A model generated the notes under the pieces. It had not been told where the DNA came from. It searched no databases and was given only the letters and a program-made list of their open reading frames with translations. The translations under genes were made by a program, and so were the position numbers. Positions 62,141 through 64,000 of a DNA stretch of 64,000 bases are shown here, piece by piece (within the stretch, counting starts at the first letter, position 1; every line of letters starts with the position of its first letter). Source of the stretch: Spirochaetia bacterium (lineage in GTDB: Bacteria > Spirochaetota > Spirochaetia > SZUA-6 > Bin103); contig CBDBOV010000005.1 of NCBI GenBank assembly GCA_965208575.1, forward strand, positions 768,001-832,000, written 5' to 3'.

Positions 62141-62539
62141 TCACCGGTCGAGAAGGTGGTGCAACCGGGCGGCCGTTGCGGCACGGTCGATCTGGCCGGC
62201 GGCAACGTCGATCGTAAGGCGCTCCCAGGGGTCGGTGTCGAGCTGCTCGGCAGGAAGCAGCCCGTTCTCGCTCAGAAACACGAGACAGGTGGCCAGCGCA
62301 ACCCGCTTGTTGCCGTCCATGAAGGGGTGGTTGCTGCACAGGTAGAACAGGTACGCCGCTGCAACGTCGATCGGGTCTTCAATCAGGGGCTGGCCGAACA
62401 TGGTTGCCTGTGGTGCCGCCAACGCCGACTCCAGCAGCGCCGCGTCACGCAGACCCTCCATACCGCCGTGCGCGGCCAGCACCTCCGAGTGAATCGCCCT
62501 CACCGCCGCGACCGTCGGATGGGCGAGCCGCTTGCTCAC
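62141..62539 (-). CDS. Death-on-curing (Doc) family toxin
   Basis: HGGMEGLRD..LLESAL, NHPFMDGNKR; GTGA overlap with the antitoxin. Confidence 0.9.
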   Translation of the reverse strand: MSKRLAHPTVAAVRAIHSEVLAAHGGMEGLRDAALLESALAAPQATMFGQPLIEDPIDVAAAYLFYLCSNHPFMDGNKRVALATCLVFLSENGLLPAEQLDTDPWERLTIDVAAGQIDRAATAARLHHLLDR

Positions 62540-62763
62540 GACAGCCGCCGGAACAGCTCCTCGTTCTTGCCGATGAGACGCTTCGCCGTGGCGCGGGCGC
62601 GCCCGGCATCGATGACCGGACGAACCGGGGTCAGCGTGATGGTACCGCCCTCGTGCACCGCGACGGCAAGCTGGTCTCCCACCTTGAGGTGCGCCAGGTC
62701 CATGAGCGCCACGTCGAAAATGATCCCCTGCGAGTTGCCGATCTTGCGGATGGTCTTCGTCAT
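62536..62763 (-). CDS. AbrB/MazE-type antitoxin
   Basis: MTKTIRKIGNSQGII, C-terminal NEELFRRLS. Confidence 0.88.
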   Translation of the reverse strand: MTKTIRKIGNSQGIIFDVALMDLAHLKVGDQLAVAVHEGGTITLTPVRPVIDAGRARATAKRLIGKNEELFRRLS

Positions 62764-62770
62764 GTCTTTG

Positions 62771-62789
62771 AGTAAAACTACGTTTTACT
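62771..62789. promoter_or_regulatory. Operator-like palindrome upstream of abrB-doc
   Basis: AGTAAAAC-TAC-GTTTTACT, perfect 8-bp inverted repeat. Confidence 0.6.
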
Positions 62790-62870
62790 TGCGTGCGGGG
62801 CAACTGTGCGACGGGTTGCGATGTGTGGACCCGCGGGGCGTGGTTCGCTACCTTCCCCGGTGTTGATTCG

Positions 62871-64000
62871 ATGGCTGTCACGACCACTGCCGACACGTCC
62901 GCCCACGCGGCCGAGCGCTGGGAGCTGCTGACTCGCGGCACCCTGTTCGCGGTGCTGCCCGCGGAGGAACAGGGCCTGCTGCGCACGCTGCACGAGCGCT
63001 ATCGGCTCACGGTGCAGGAGATGCGCCTGCTGTGCGAGGCGGCGCGCGACCTGCAGATGTGGGGAGAGCCGCGCCTGGATGCGTGGTGGCGCGCCGCCGA
63101 ACGGCGCCTGGCGGCGGCCGCCGAAACGGTGCCGGTGAGAGCGCTCAAACAACGGCTCATCAAGGATTTGCGGGAGCATCTCGAAGGCCTGCGGGAGGCT
63201 GCTACCCGATACGGCGCGGAACCTTCGCCGTCGCCCGGGCGCCCGCCGCTGCACGTGGTTTCGGAGACCTCGGGCGATGCGGTGTTCGGCGACTGCCCGG
63301 TGCGTTCCGAGCGCACCCTGTGCTGCAACCTGAAGACCATCGACGCGGTCAAGAACTGCGCTTTCGGGTGCAGCTATTGCACCATCCAGACCTTCTACGG
63401 CGACCGGGTGGCGATCGACGCCGACCTCGGCGCCAAGTTGCGCGGCCTCGACCTGGAGCCGGGGCGCTTCTACCACATCGGCTCGGGGCAGTCCTCCGAC
63501 TCGCTGGTGTGGGGCAACCGCGGCGGCATTCTCGACGATATGTGCGACTTCGCCCGCGCGCATCCCGACGTGCTGCTGGAGTTCAAGACCAAGTCGGCCA
63601 ACGTCACCTACTTCCTGGATCCGGCGCGCACCATCCCGGCCAACGTGGTGTGCAGTTGGTCGCTCAACACGCCTCCGGTGATCGAGCACGAGGAGCACTT
63701 CACGGCGCCGCTGGAACAGCGTCTGCGTGCGGCACGGCGGGTCGCGGACCGCGGCATCAGGGTGGCGTTCCACTTCCATCCGATGGTGCACTACGCCGGC
63801 TGGGAGCACGACTATCCGGCTCTGGCACAGCGCCTCATCGCCGGGTTCTCGCCCGCGGAGGTGTCGTTCGTGTCGTTCGGGTCGGTCACGTTCATCAAGC
63901 CGGTGATCAAGGCGATCCGCCGCCGCCGCGAGCCGACGCGCATCCTGCAGACTGACCTGGTCAAGGATCCGCATGGCAAGCTGACCTATCCCGACGACCT
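62871..64000 (+). CDS. Spore photoproduct lyase-like radical SAM protein, 3'-partial (not in the ORF track)
   Basis: Manual translation from ATG 62871: NCAFGCSYCTIQTFY (CxxxCxxC), HIGSGQSSDSL, LEFKTKSAN, WSLN, FHFHPM; no stop before the window end. Confidence 0.85.
   Translation, partial: MAVTTTADTSAHAAERWELLTRGTLFAVLPAEEQGLLRTLHERYRLTVQEMRLLCEAARDLQMWGEPRLDAWWRAAERRLAAAAETVPVRALKQRLIKDLREHLEGLREAATRYGAEPSPSPGRPPLHVVSETSGDAVFGDCPVRSERTLCCNLKTIDAVKNCAFGCSYCTIQTFYGDRVAIDADLGAKLRGLDLEPGRFYHIGSGQSSDSLVWGNRGGILDDMCDFARAHPDVLLEFKTKSANVTYFLDPARTIPANVVCSWSLNTPPVIEHEEHFTAPLEQRLRAARRVADRGIRVAFHFHPMVHYAGWEHDYPALAQRLIAGFSPAEVSFVSFGSVTFIKPVIKAIRRRREPTRILQTDLVKDPHGKLTYPDD

Overview
High-GC bacterial chromosome segment, most likely from a Spirochaetota lineage (inferred from a SpiroCoCo-like coiled-coil gene and a spirochaete-style M23 peptidase). 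1-24 kb is largely core: TPR/beta-barrel/ExbB-ExbD-TonB, grpE-dnaK-dnaJ, an orphan histidine kinase, an orphan N6/N4-type methyltransferase, rlmB, purD, and a gnd-SDR-HAD-LarA-like-HAD-acyltransferase operon. 24.5-34 kb is an RTX/type I secretion locus with a G9 tract abutting its promoter and an IS1634 element (6-bp TSD) splitting the second RTX gene. 34-64 kb is accessory: an HNH protein, small gene remnants, five toxin-antitoxin/Fic modules, two ABC exporter pairs (one flanking a DUF1854-like gene), and a radical-SAM spore-photoproduct-lyase-like gene running off the end. The two most unusual structures are (i) a 3.8-kb ISNCY-type element with a 5-bp TSD and doubled terminal motifs that carries an end-less fragment of an unrelated transposase between two copies of a structured 64-130 bp repeat, and (ii) a rod-like palindromic MITE adding 162 bp in frame inside an ABC transporter gene. 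No rRNA, tRNA or CRISPR array was recognised. All family assignments are from motif recognition by eye; no searches were run.
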